64,000 nt of DNA, taken from positions 7,378,001 through 7,442,000 of the forward strand of contig NC_043021.1 of NCBI RefSeq assembly GCF_006345805.1, given 5' to 3'. Positions 27,137 through 38,574 of the stretch are shown here, piece by piece (position 1 is the first letter of the stretch; every line of letters begins with the position of its first letter). The stretch comes from Octopus sinensis. Its lineage: Eukaryota. Below the pieces are notes generated by a model. It made no database searches. It saw nothing but the letters and a program-made list of their open reading frames with translations, and had not been told where the DNA came from. The position numbers and the translations under genes are program-made.

Positions 27137-27440
27137 GTGGAGGCACATGGCCTAGTGGTTAGAGCAGCGGACTCGCGGTCGAGGGATCGCGCGTTCGAAT
27201 CTCAGACCGGGCGATGTGTGTGTGTTTATGAACGAAACACCTAAGCTCCATGCGGCTCCGGCAGAAGGTAATGGCGAATTTCTGCTGATTCTTTCGCCAC
27301 AACTTTCTCTCACTCTTTCCTCCTGCATCTTGCAGCTCACCTGCGACGGACCGGCGTCCCGTCCAGGTGGGGAACCTATACGCCAAGAAACCGGGAAACC
27401 GGCCCTTATGATCCAGGCATGGCTCGAGAAGGAACAGACA
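27137..27440 (+). mobile_element. SINE C head with V-domain-like tail, 12-bp TSD
   Basis: tRNA head TGGCCTAGTGG / GTTCGAATC; CCTGCGACGGACCGGCGTCCCGTCCAGG; flanks ATATGAGCCTAA / ATATGAGCTTAA. Confidence 0.85.
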
Positions 27441-27452
27441 ATATGAGCTTAA

Positions 27453-28005
27453 GTGAAGGCGCGTGGCTGAGTGGTTAGGTCATAAGTTCGATTTCCGGCA
27501 GCGCGTTGTGTCCTTGGGCAAGATACGCCATGACAATTTTTCCACATTGCTCCACTGCACTCAGCTGGTAAAACTTAGATGCACCTGCATTTCAGAGGCC
27601 CAATTTGCTCGACTAAAAGGCGGTGCTCCAGCATGGCCGCGGTCAAAATGACTGAAACAAATAAGAGGCGGCGAACTGGCAGAAACGTTAGCACGCCGGG
27701 CGAAATGCGTAGCCGTATTTCGTCTGCCGTTACGTTCTGGGTTCAAATTCCGCCGAGGTTGACTTTGCCTTTCATCCTTTCAGGGTCGATAAATTAAGTA
27801 CCAGTTACGCACTGGGGTCGATGTAATCGACTTAATCCCTTTGTCTCTCCTTGTTTGTCCCCTCTGTGTTTAGCCCCTTGTGGGTAGTAAAGAAATACAT
27901 TTCAGAGGCCCAGCCATGTTACATTCTGTGTCATGCTGAATCTCCCCGAGATTCTCCCTCACGTGCACGTTCCGTTGATCGGGTCAACTGGAACACTAGT
28001 TGATG
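27453..28005 (+). mobile_element. older C-superfamily SINE interrupted by an A-tail+B chimera
   Basis: CORE-like CCTTGGGCAAG; sequence resumes after 27897. Confidence 0.75.
27603..27897 (+). mobile_element. chimeric retroposon: SINE A 3' tail fused to full SINE B, 15-bp TSD
   Basis: CATTTCAGAGGCCCA at 27588-27602 and 27898-27912. Confidence 0.9.
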
Positions 28006-28249
28006 TAGCCCTAGGTGCACTGTGTCTGAATAAAAGTCAGAGTAAAATTAGAGAATGCAATCCTACATACACTATGTCTGGTTAAAGACAGGACATTTTA
28101 AACAGTGTTGTCCGAGATATACCATGTCTGAATAAATAACAGGGCACATTAGATAACGTAGTCCTAGATGCACTATGACTGAAGAAAGACAGAACACATG
28201 AATGATTGTATGCCTAAAGACACTATATCTGAATTTTTTTTAATAATTA

Positions 28250-28415
28250 GGCGTAGGAGTGGCTGTGTGGCGAGTAGCTTGCTTACCAATCACATGATTC
28301 CGGGTTCAGTCCCACTGTATAGCACCTTGGACAAGTGTCTTCTACTATAGCCTCGGGCCGACCAAAGCCTTGTGAGTGGATTTGGTTGGCGGAAACGGAA
28401 AGAAGCCCGTCGTAT
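28250..28415 (+). mobile_element. SINE A 5' half
   Basis: Matches the A head; ends at the internal TA tract. Confidence 0.88.
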
Positions 28416-28590
28416 ATAGAAATCTAATGCTCGTAGCTTAGTTTTTCCCTGGGGTCATAAGCTTAGTTTTTCCTTGGGGTCATAAGTTTCTTCTATTTGC
28501 CAGATTGGAGCAATGTCAAGATTAATCAGCCGAAATTGCGAGGATGATCCGGTTCTTGACTGAAGATTAGAGGCTTCGAATGACCCTCAA
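28415..28590 (+). mobile_element. family E fragment with permuted hammerhead (core 28509-28570, cleavage site mutated)
   Basis: AGCAA-TG-TCAAGA-TTAA-TCAG-CC-GAAA-TTGC...TCTTGA-CTGAAGA. Confidence 0.75.
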
Positions 28591-29453
28591 ATTTGTATCC
28601 ACTTGGTCAGCTAGAAATGAACTGAACTGCTAGGCTTACAATCCCTGTGTTTATACCGCCGTCTATGTTGCCAGAACGTTTTTAAAATTCTTGAAATTTT
28701 TAGAAACTTCTACAAAGTTCTAGAAAATTCTGCTTCAACAACTCAGCGCTGAATCTATCTGAAATGCAATAGAAAATAGATCGGTTTCATAACAGGTGAC
28801 AAAAGCAAAGTTTGAAAGGAATAGTTAGACATTCCCTTTGATTTCTGGATAGAAGCAAATAGGAAATAACACTCACTGACCAAAGACGAAAAGAAATAGC
28901 ATTCTCTTACCAAAGACAAAAGGCATAAATAAATAAATAAATAAATAAAAATTATTACCCAGTGTAATGTAGTCTTCGATACGCTATGACTGAAACAAAT
29001 AAATGTTCGACAATAGTCTTGGCTGAAACATTTTTGATCATAGGTCTGTATAATCGGGATTGATCTGGGACAAAGCAACAACAACAACAGAAGCGATAAC
29101 AGCAACAACAACAACATAAATGCTCAGATTGTACAGAATATGTTGTAATGAAGAAGAGACACGAACAGTAAAAGAAATTCTCCGAATGTTATAGGTTTTA
29201 GCAAAACTTCAAGAACAGAATGTGCCAAGAATAATCTCGTTTACGTCTCAGCAAATTCCAGTTAAATCTTCTTCATGTTATTGTTGCAGAAAAAAGTCCT
29301 GGCATGTTTACTGCCATAAAATTCGTGTTATATTGCACGCTTTTTATAGTCTGCATTGCATGCACACTGCATAAAATTATGGTAATTTGCTTCATAAGGA
29401 TTCCATGTAATAAAGCGGGAAAATTATTATTGCTGCTGCTGCTGCTGTTGTTG

Positions 29454-29485
<32 letters not shown>

Positions 29486-29635
29486 GGTGATTTTTTAAAT
29501 TCCCACACAGGTAACAGATGGGAGAGAGAGAGAGAGAGAGGAGGGGGGACGTTACGACGACGATTTACCAGTCTTTTTATATTTACACATGGAATATGCA
29601 GAACACTGCAATAAAATGAAATAGTCACAAAGGAT

Positions 29636-29668
<33 letters not shown>

Positions 29669-29670
29669 TA

Positions 29671-29858
29671 TGTGGTAAGTAGCTTGCTTATGAACTACAT
29701 GGTTCCGGGTTCAGTCCCACAGCGTGGCATCTTCTACTATAGCCTCGGGCCGACCAAAGCTTTGTGAGTGGATTTGGTAGACGGAAACTGAAAGAAGCCT
29801 GTCGTATGTATGTATGTATGTATATATATATATATATCTATATATATATATATATATA

Positions 29859-29905
<47 letters not shown>

Positions 29906-30112
29906 TTGTGTGTCTGTGTTTGTCCCCCTAGCATTGCTTGACAACCGATGCTGGTGTGTTTACGTCCCCGTCACTTAGCGGTTCGGCAAAAAGAGACCGA
30001 TAGAATAAATACTGGGCTTACAAAGAATAAGTCCCGGGGTCGATTTGCTCGACTAAAGGCGGTGCTCCAGCATGGCCGCAGTCAAATGACTGAAACAAGT
30101 AAAAGTAAGTAA
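29671..30112 (+). mobile_element. SINE A
   Basis: Matches the consensus; slightly 5' truncated. Confidence 0.92.
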
Positions 30113-30124
30113 ACAACAACAACA

Positions 30125-30342
30125 ATGATTTCAAATTTTGGCAAAAGGTCAGCAATTTCGGGGCAGGCGGTAAGGCGATTACATTGAGCCCAGTGTTTAA
30201 CTGGTACTTATTTTATCGACTCCGAAAGGTTGCAAGGTAAAGTCGACCTCGACGGAATTTGAACTCAAAATGTAAAGACAGACGAAATACCATCAAGCAT
30301 TTTGTCCCAGCGTTGCTAAAGACGCTGCCGGCTCGCCGCCCT
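30125..30342 (-). mobile_element. SINE B
   Basis: Reverse complement of the B consensus. Confidence 0.85.
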
Positions 30343-30499
30343 TGTCCTGGTAAATGATGCTAACCAGACTAAGAAGCTTCATTGCAAATTTATTGCTAAC
30401 GCAGACAACAACTATTTCACTTGGTCGCGGCTTTTCTTGTAAACAATATGTCTAGGACTTCATTATCTAAAGAGACATTGTGTATCTAGGATTATATTA

Positions 30500-30640
30500 T
30501 TAGGTTGTCACAAAAGTTCGTAAACACTTGCGAAAATTGAATTTTTACTCGCCAAGTACTAACAAAAACAACAAAAATTACTCCTCAAAATAAAGACCAT
30601 TATTTTCCAAGACTTTCTACGAACTTTTGGGACAACCTTA
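30500..30640. mobile_element. mariner-type MITE
   Basis: TA|TTAGGTTGTCACAAAAGTTCGTA ... TACGAACTTTTGGGACAACCTTA|TA. Confidence 0.85.
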
Positions 30641-31059
30641 TATTACCCAAGGTGTATATTTCCTTTTTAAAGATACTAAGGCGTGATTTAAGTAGGATTT
30701 TACTGCTTAGACTTGCAGATCGAGCTACCATGCAAAAAAAAAAAAATCAAAAAAAAAATCGATGGATAGTGTTCGCTATAAACAAAGAACTGAGAATAAT
30801 TATTGAACAATCGAAGGTTTGACCTTTGCAAGGAACGTTACAGACTTTCATTGGTAGATAAAAGAAAAATAGCAATAATGATTTATTATGTAATAATGAG
30901 TGGCGATAATCACAAACCATCAAATTATAGAGAATGTGAAGGAATTGGCGTTCGATTAACCTAGTAATTGATTTGAACTAAATATTTTATGTATAAATGG
31001 TAAAGTCAACCACGACAGATTTGAGATTTGATAGTTATATATTAATAATAATAATGATG

Positions 31060-31442
31060 GTGGAGGCGCAATGGCCCAGTGGTTAGGGCAGCTGACTCGC
31101 GGTCGTAGGATCGCGGTTTCGATTCCCAGACCGGGCATTGTGAGTGTTTATTGAGCGAAAACACCTAAAGCTCAATGAGGCTCCGGCAGGGGGTGGTGGT
31201 GATCCCTGCTGTACTCTTTCACCGCAACTTTCTCTCACTCTTACTTCCTGTTCTGTTGTACCTGTATTTCAAAGGGCCGGCCTTGTCACTCTCTGTGTCA
31301 CGCTGAATATCCCAGAGAAGTACGTTAAGGGTACACGTGTCTGTGGAGTGCTCAGCCACTTACACGTTAATTTCACGAGCAGGCTGTTCCGTTGATTCGG
31401 ATCAACCGGAACCCTCGTCGTCGTAACCGACGGAGTGCTTCC
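31060..31442 (+). mobile_element. tRNA-derived SINE family C, full length
   Basis: TGGCCCAGTGG A box, GGTTTCGATTCC B box; near-identical to 48919-49302. Confidence 0.92.
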
Positions 31443-32280
31443 ATCCAATAATAATAATAATGATGATGATAATAATAATAATAATATTGATAATACTTTC
31501 ACTTGAAGTGTGCGTAAAGCTTGAAAGAGCAGAAGGAAATTTTTTTTATATATAAACTACATACTACTGGATGTTAACACGACAAACATCTAAAGAAGAA
31601 CTGCCCCCACCACCACATCTGTATGCGTTTGTGTGTATATATGCATGTATGCATATACTTCTCGCTCTCTCTCTCTCTCTCTTTATATATATAGCTTCAT
31701 ATGGACACACAGACACACACACACACACACATATAGACGCACATATTTTGTATTGAAAAATAAAAATACACATACAATATATATATATATGCCTATATGT
31801 AAGTAGACAAGTATGCATATATTTGCATCGTGTACGTATTATGAAAAAACACGATTTTCCTCCGGGTATATTTTTGTGTGTGCAGAATTTTTAATTTTTC
31901 CAAACAAACCATACAGAGTTCAACATAAGTCAAGACTATTTCAAATATATATTTTATATATGTGTGCATATATATATATATATATATAGTATCAGTCGTC
32001 CGTAGACGAACTATAACATCCCCATGTCATAATTTTTTCTGAACAGAATAGTATTAGCTGGTTACAAGTCCTCACTGAACGATTTTTATTTCAAAGACTT
32101 CCTTCTTCTAGATGGATTGTCTTTATTGTGACTTGTGAGCACCGTCTATCTTTCACTGTACTGGATGGCCGTCGACCCTCTCGAGTCCCTCTGCCCTTTA
32201 ACGAGTCTTTTTTTTTTCATTCCGCAAAGTGCCCCAAAAGTCACCCTATATATTTATATACACATGATATACACATACAC

Positions 32281-32329
<49 letters not shown>

Positions 32330-32464
32330 TATATAATACAGATGAGTTACAGTTCACTACAGCTGTTTCAGAAGTGTTCAATACACATTGTCGGTGTACA
32401 GGTGCGCTATCCCGACCTGTCTTGGTGCTTTTACTATACAAATTTGTGATTCCTTCGAATCCTG

Positions 32465-32692
32465 TCGAGCTGGCAGAAACGTTAGCGCGCCAGGCGAAAT
32501 GCTTAGCGGTATTTCGTCTGCCGTTAGGCTCTGAGTTCAAATTCCGCCTAGGTCAACTTTGCCTTTCATCCTTTCGGGGTCGATTAAATAAGTACCAGTT
32601 TCGCACTGGGGTCGATGTAATCGACATAATCCATTTATCTGTCCTTGTTTGTCCCCTCTGTGTTTAGCCCCTTGTGGGCAATAAAGAAATAT
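32465..32692 (+). mobile_element. SINE B
   Basis: Matches the consensus. Confidence 0.9.
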
Positions 32693-32808
32693 ATATATAT
32701 ATATATATATAATATATATATAATATATATAATGAGAGAGAAAGGCAGTTATACAGATAAACAAATTAAGTACATTCATTTTATTAAATATATTAAATAT
32801 AATAGTTT

Positions 32809-32839
<31 letters not shown>

Positions 32840-32977
32840 CACTCACATATCATTTAAGCGTGATCAAAATTATCGAACTTTAAATTCAACATCCTTTTCA
32901 TTATGAAAGCGAGTCATTCATTAGCTCAATATCTTAATTTGTCTCCTTTACTTTTACCAGTCTATTGTTATGTGTGC

Positions 32978-33045
<68 letters not shown>

Positions 33046-33141
33046 GTCTGTCTGTCTGCTGTCTATCTGTCTATCTATCTATCTATCTATCTGTCTATCT
33101 ATCTATCTATCTATCTATCTGTCTATCTATCTATCTGTCTG

Positions 33142-33190
<49 letters not shown>

Positions 33191-33314
33191 TTCTCTGTAT
33201 AGCCATCCATCTATCTACTTGTCTCTCTATCTTTCTATCTATCTCACCCTCTTTCTCTCTCTTTTTCTTTCTCTCTCTCTCTCTCTCTCGCTCTGGACAT
33301 ATTTATGTTATATA

Positions 33315-33345
<31 letters not shown>

Positions 33346-33382
33346 TATATACATACATATACAAACATACATATATACATAC

Positions 33383-33420
<38 letters not shown>
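32978..33420. repeat. (TCTA)n/(CT)n/(TG)n microsatellites
   Basis: Directly visible. Confidence 0.95.
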
Positions 33421-33423
<3 letters not shown>

Positions 33424-33723
33424 ACATATGTGTGTATTTGTGTAATTTCAACAACCCTTCTATGCCTTCAAAGCGCGATTGTTATATTCATAACATCAAT
33501 GGTTTAACTTATTTCCCCTCTAGTCATACAGTTGTGCCTCTCCACATTCACAGGTACGCACATGCTAGAAGAACAAACCAGCGTCTGAATGGTTTACTTA
33601 GCACTTACATATTCACACATCCCGCCTTTCCTTCTCTGCTACCTTCCAGCTTACCATTATCAAATACACAAATGCACACATGCTTAGCAGTTGGAATGCG
33701 ACACCGTTATCTAAACTGTACAA

Positions 33724-34365
33724 AAGACGACGAGCTGGCAGAAACGTTAACACGCTGGGTAAAATGCTTAGCGGCATTCCGTCCGTTAAGTTAAGTTAAT
33801 TTTTTGGCTCAAAAAGCGAAAAGCAAGGCCATGTAGGGGGACAGGGAGTTATGTACAGGGAGGGTGTTCATGCAAAGAGTTCAGGCCATTTCTGGTCAAG
33901 AGAGGACTTTGAAACCGAGGTCGTCGGCATCTTCACTATCTCGTCCGGCAGCTTATTCCACGGATCCGCAACCGGACGGAGAAAGCCCCTCTCCTTCGAT
34001 TGAGATGAAATCGTCGCAGATAGAGCTTTTCGGAGTGACCCCGCAGCCGACGCTCTGGAGCAGGAGTGAAGAACAGCTCTTTCGAGAGGTTACACTTTCC
34101 GCTTATGATGTTGTGAGCGAGAATGAGATCACCACGGCGTCGTCGTTTTTCTAGAGAATAAAGGTCGAGCGTCTTCAGCCTTTCTTCATAAGACAAATGC
34201 TTGAGGCCAAGAACCATGCGGGTAGCCAACTATCAGTGTTTAAATTCCGCCGAGGTTGACTTTCATTTCATCCCTTTCGGGGTCAATAAATTGAGTACCG
34301 GTTGAGAACTGGGGTCAATGTAATCGACTTAACTCCTCCCCCTGAATTCGAGGTCTTGTGCCTAC
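33724..34365 (+). mobile_element. SINE B split by a LINE insertion
   Basis: B head 33724-33788; B body resumes near 34236. Confidence 0.8.
33787..34230 (-). mobile_element. CR1/L2-group LINE 3' end, 5' truncated
   Basis: ATRMVLGLKHLSYEERLKTLDLYSLEKRRRRGDLI..RLRGHSEKL..FSVR..PWNKLP; (AACTT)n tail. Confidence 0.88.
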
Positions 34366-34619
34366 GTTCTTCAACAGAAAGGAACACTAGAAAACAAACA
34401 GAGAATTTAAAAAGGGGCTAGCAGTCGAATATGGCCGGACATAGGTGGTCAGACAGGAGAGCTAGGAAGAAGGGGATATATACGACACATACACGACTGG
34501 TTTCAGGTTATACGAAATCCTGATCGCCATTTGAATTTTTTTTTTTTTTGTCTGTTGATTGTTTCGGAACCCATTCTGTCGCATGAGACCCGAACTTATA
34601 AATGGTTAGACCACATTAC

Positions 34620-34848
34620 TCCTTTACGGAGCATAGGGCCGGTTTTACCTAGTTTCTCTAGTATATATATATTCCTCCCTGAACGGGACGCTGGCGGTCG
34701 GTGACAGGATTACTCATTTTTTACCAGCTGAGCAAGCTGGAGTGACGTGAAATGAAGTGCTTTGCTCAAAAACACAACACATCGCCCGGTTCAAGAATCT
34801 TACGATCATGGATCCAGCAGCCTAACTACTAAGCCATGCGCTTTCACA
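34620..34848 (-). mobile_element. C-superfamily SINE (tRNA head, CORE-like middle, V-like tail)
   Basis: Minus strand GTGAAAGCGCATGGCTTAGTAGTTAGG..TTTGAGCAAAGCAC..CAGCGTCCCGTTCAGGG. Confidence 0.7.
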
Positions 34849-35049
34849 CGGAATTGTTACGTTCTATTGGATTACTCATTTTGCCCCAGCTAAATTTGTC
34901 TTAAGCGTAAGAACGGAGATAATTTTCTGAAATAGTCCTCTGAATATGTTAGTGTTTTTAGTGCATTTAGAGAAGGTCATTTGATTAACTGATATAGTTT
35001 TTGTGACGGATTGAACAATTGAAAAACATTTTTTTTCTCAAAGTCAAAA

Positions 35050-35213
35050 GGCGTAGGAGTTGCTGTGTGGTAAGTAGCTTGCTTACCAACCACATGGTTC
35101 CGGATTCAGTCCCACTGCGTGGCACCTTGGGCAAGTGTCTTCTACTATAGCCTCAGACCGACCAAAGCCTTGTGAGTGAATTTGGAAGACGGAAAACAGA
35201 AAGAAGCTCGTCG

Positions 35214-35268
<55 letters not shown>

Positions 35269-35620
35269 TTCAGCAAAATTTAGATTCAAATGAATATGGT
35301 ACTTAATTTAGATGCACCAGAATTCTGTATGGTGTTATCTATAAAAATCCGTGGGCTGATTGTTGCTTATTTTGATTATATATATATATGCATGTGTGTG
35401 TGTATATGTTTGTGTGTCTGTGTTTGTCCCCCACCTCAACATCGCTTGACAACCGATGCTGGTGTATTTACGTCCCCGTAACTTAGCGGTTCGGCAAAAG
35501 TGACCGATAGAATAACTACTACGCTTACAAAGAATAAGTCCTGGGGGTCGGTTTGGTGGACTAAAAGGCGGTGCTCCAGCATGACCACAGCCAAATGACT
35601 GAAACAAGTAAAAGAGTAGA
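35050..35620 (+). mobile_element. SINE A with ~110-bp foreign insert in its internal (TA)n
   Basis: A halves separated by unrelated 35266-35378. Confidence 0.88.
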
Positions 35621-35733
35621 AGAGTATGAGAAAACGTGCACAGTAAACGTATTGAGTTGATGAACAGTCTAAGCTGTTAAAAAAGAATGGGTACGACAGA
35701 CTTCCAGGCAGTTTCCGTCTACCAAATTCATTC

Positions 35734-36120
35734 ACTCTTTTCTCTTTTACTTGTTTCAGTCATTTGACTGCGGCCATGCTGGAGGACCGACTTTAGTCGA
35801 GCAAATCGACCCCGGGACTTATTCTTTGTAAGCCCAGTACTTATTCTATCGGTCTCTTTTGCCGAACCGCTAGTGACGGGGACGTAAACACACCAGCATC
35901 GGTTGTCAAGCAATGCTAGGGGGACAAACACAGACACACATACACATATACATATATACAACAGGCTTCTTTCAGTTTCCGTCTACCAAATCCACTCACA
36001 AGGCTTTGGTCGGCCCGAGGCTATAGCAGAAGACACTTGCCCAAGGTGCCACGCAGTGGGACTGAACCCAGAACCATGTGGCTGGTAAGCAAACTACTTA
36101 CCACACAGCCACTCCTGCGC
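35734..36120 (-). mobile_element. SINE A
   Basis: Full reverse-complement copy. Confidence 0.92.
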
Positions 36121-36721
36121 ATTGGTCAGAACTAAAATGGAAGACACTTTTCCAAGGTGCCGCGCAGGGGGACTAAGCCTGAAAGTGTCTGGTTGTAAAA
36201 GGAGCTTCTTAACCACGGAGCCATGGCTGCACCTACAGACATATGCATTGTATGTATATCTGTGTGTGCATGTATATAAGCGCGCGCACACGCACACACA
36301 CACACACACACATATACATGTATAAAACAAACACATACATAAATATATATATAGCTCAGAAAATAGAGATACAGTACGGTTTAGTGTGTGTGTGAGAGCG
36401 TGTATGTGTGTGTGTGAGAGAGAGAGTATGTGTGTGTGTGAGTGTGTGTGTATAATTCTCGTATTTGTTTATATGTGTAGGTGTATCCACGCAACAATAC
36501 AATATACATCTGAATAAGCCATACGTACATATACATACATACAAACATATATATATATATATTAATTAATCTTATGTATTGGCTTAAGGTTTTCATTGTA
36601 TGATTTGCCTAATAGTGGTTTATCTCTAATTTAATATATATATATATTATATATATATATATAATATATATATATATTATATAATATCTATCTATCTATC
36701 TATCTATCTCTCTATCTCTCT

Positions 36722-36789
<68 letters not shown>

Positions 36790-36790
<1 letters not shown>

Positions 36791-37260
36791 TAAACAGTAA
36801 AAATAATTACAGACATGGACAAGAACATGAAACACCCCACAGAGACACACAAGAACCACAGGACGGGACATTCGAAGCCCTCAGTCATCAGTCAAGAACC
36901 AGATCATCTTAGCAATTTCGCTGATTAATCTTGAGATTGCTCCGATATGGCACCCGCCAAGGAAATCTACCAAGCGCATTAGATCCCCTGGAAGAAAGCT
37001 TCGAATGTATACAACACGAACGAAGTACACGACAAAAATACAGAATACTTGACACCAATAAGAATACAAAAACGTAAAACAATAACGGTAAAAATAAAAA
37101 ACAAACGAAACCAGGACGTAAGGACAAGGTCTTTCGACAGGACGAGTTGAGTATGTGGCTGGCTTGTGAAGTTGTGCCTAATGGCCGCAGTGAGACGAAC
37201 AAATACTGTTGCTTCGGCGCTGCTGGAACGAAAAGAGCGCTCAACACGGCTAGCGGTCAC
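36790..37260 (-). mobile_element. family E repeat, best-preserved copy
   Basis: Homologous to 19830-20220; adjacent to (TA)n. Confidence 0.8.
36881..36941 (-). ncRNA. candidate non-circularly permuted (pseudoknotted) hammerhead ribozyme
   Basis: Minus strand AGCAA-TC-TCAAGA-ttaa-TCAG-c-GAAA-TTGCT-13nt-TCTTGA-CTGATGA-CTGA. Confidence 0.7.
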
Positions 37261-37515
37261 GTGAGAACAAAAGACAGGAGAAAGGGACAGATGAAAAGAG
37301 AGAGAAGGTGACGAGGGAGGAGAAGAAAGAGACAGATCGAGGGGGCTGGAGGTGAGAGGAATAGAGAAACGGAGAAGGGGGGGAAGACTGATGGGGGGGG
37401 AAAGATAGAGAGAGAGAGGAGAGATGGAGAGAGATAGATCGATAGATAGATAGATAGATAGATAGATGATAGATAGATGATATGTATGTATGTATGCATG
37501 TATGTGTGTGTATGT

Positions 37516-37582
<67 letters not shown>

Positions 37583-38214
37583 TATTATGCAAGGAAGTGT
37601 TTGTGTCCATCTTGTGAAAATAAATGTCGTATTACCGTACTCTACTACGTTTACTGAAAAGTATTGAGTGGTGCTTCAATTTAAATGTTCAACTGATTTT
37701 AAGTATCAGTTTACATCAAAGCAAACATACCAACCAAAACTACCACCGTTGCCGCCATTAATATCGACCTGTATAAATAGACCTTGAACGAGACAAGAAC
37801 ACCCCAGAGGGTAATAAACTGACTGGTGGACTGAGAGGAGATAGGGGACATTAAAAGAGCATCGTTTTCTGAGATGAATAACTGTTTATGTGGAGAGATT
37901 TCTTCCACCTCTACTTAGAATCGTTGTCGTCTTTTGAATAACACTCGAGTGGACAGAGAATATAACACACTTACATAAATGAATGTGTGTGTCTGTGTAT
38001 GTGTCTGTGTGTGTGTCTGTCCATTTGTATTCTTAGACAAACGCTTTCAAAAATACACACACACACGCACACCCACGCGCACATATATCATACTTGGTGC
38101 AATTATTTGACTGTGACCCTGCTGGAGCACCGCCTCGGAAGTTTTAGTCGAACAAACCAGCACCGATTCTGTTTACTCTCTGTTTATTCTCCCTCTGTTT
38201 ATTTTCTTTTATTA

Positions 38215-38250
38215 CTTTCTGTTGAAGAGCATAGGCTCGAAACATAAAAG
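38215..38250 (+). ncRNA. decayed minimal hammerhead motif (family D)
   Basis: CTTT-CTGTTGA-a-GAGC atag GCTC-GAAA-CA-TA-AAAG; downstream GAGTGTCAAA shared with the 9.7 and 11.5 kb copies. Confidence 0.5.
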
Positions 38251-38392
38251 ACTTTTTCACTTTCCTGAGTGTCAAACTAATACACCTGCTTTCTGTTCAT
38301 ATACCTGTCTTTGTCTTTGTCTTTTCTTTTTCTATAAATTTCAGCTATATATACATACACACACACACACACACCACAACCACACACACACA

Positions 38393-38427
<35 letters not shown>

Positions 38428-38510
38428 CACATATATATATATATATATATATATAAATAATATATATATATATAAATATATATATATATATGTTATATAT
38501 ATTGTATATA

Positions 38511-38562
<52 letters not shown>

Positions 38563-38574
38563 ATAATATATATA

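Noticed and set aside
32970-33794. 274-aa ORF, longest in the window
   Set aside because: (TCTA)n/(TA)n read-through ending in a SINE
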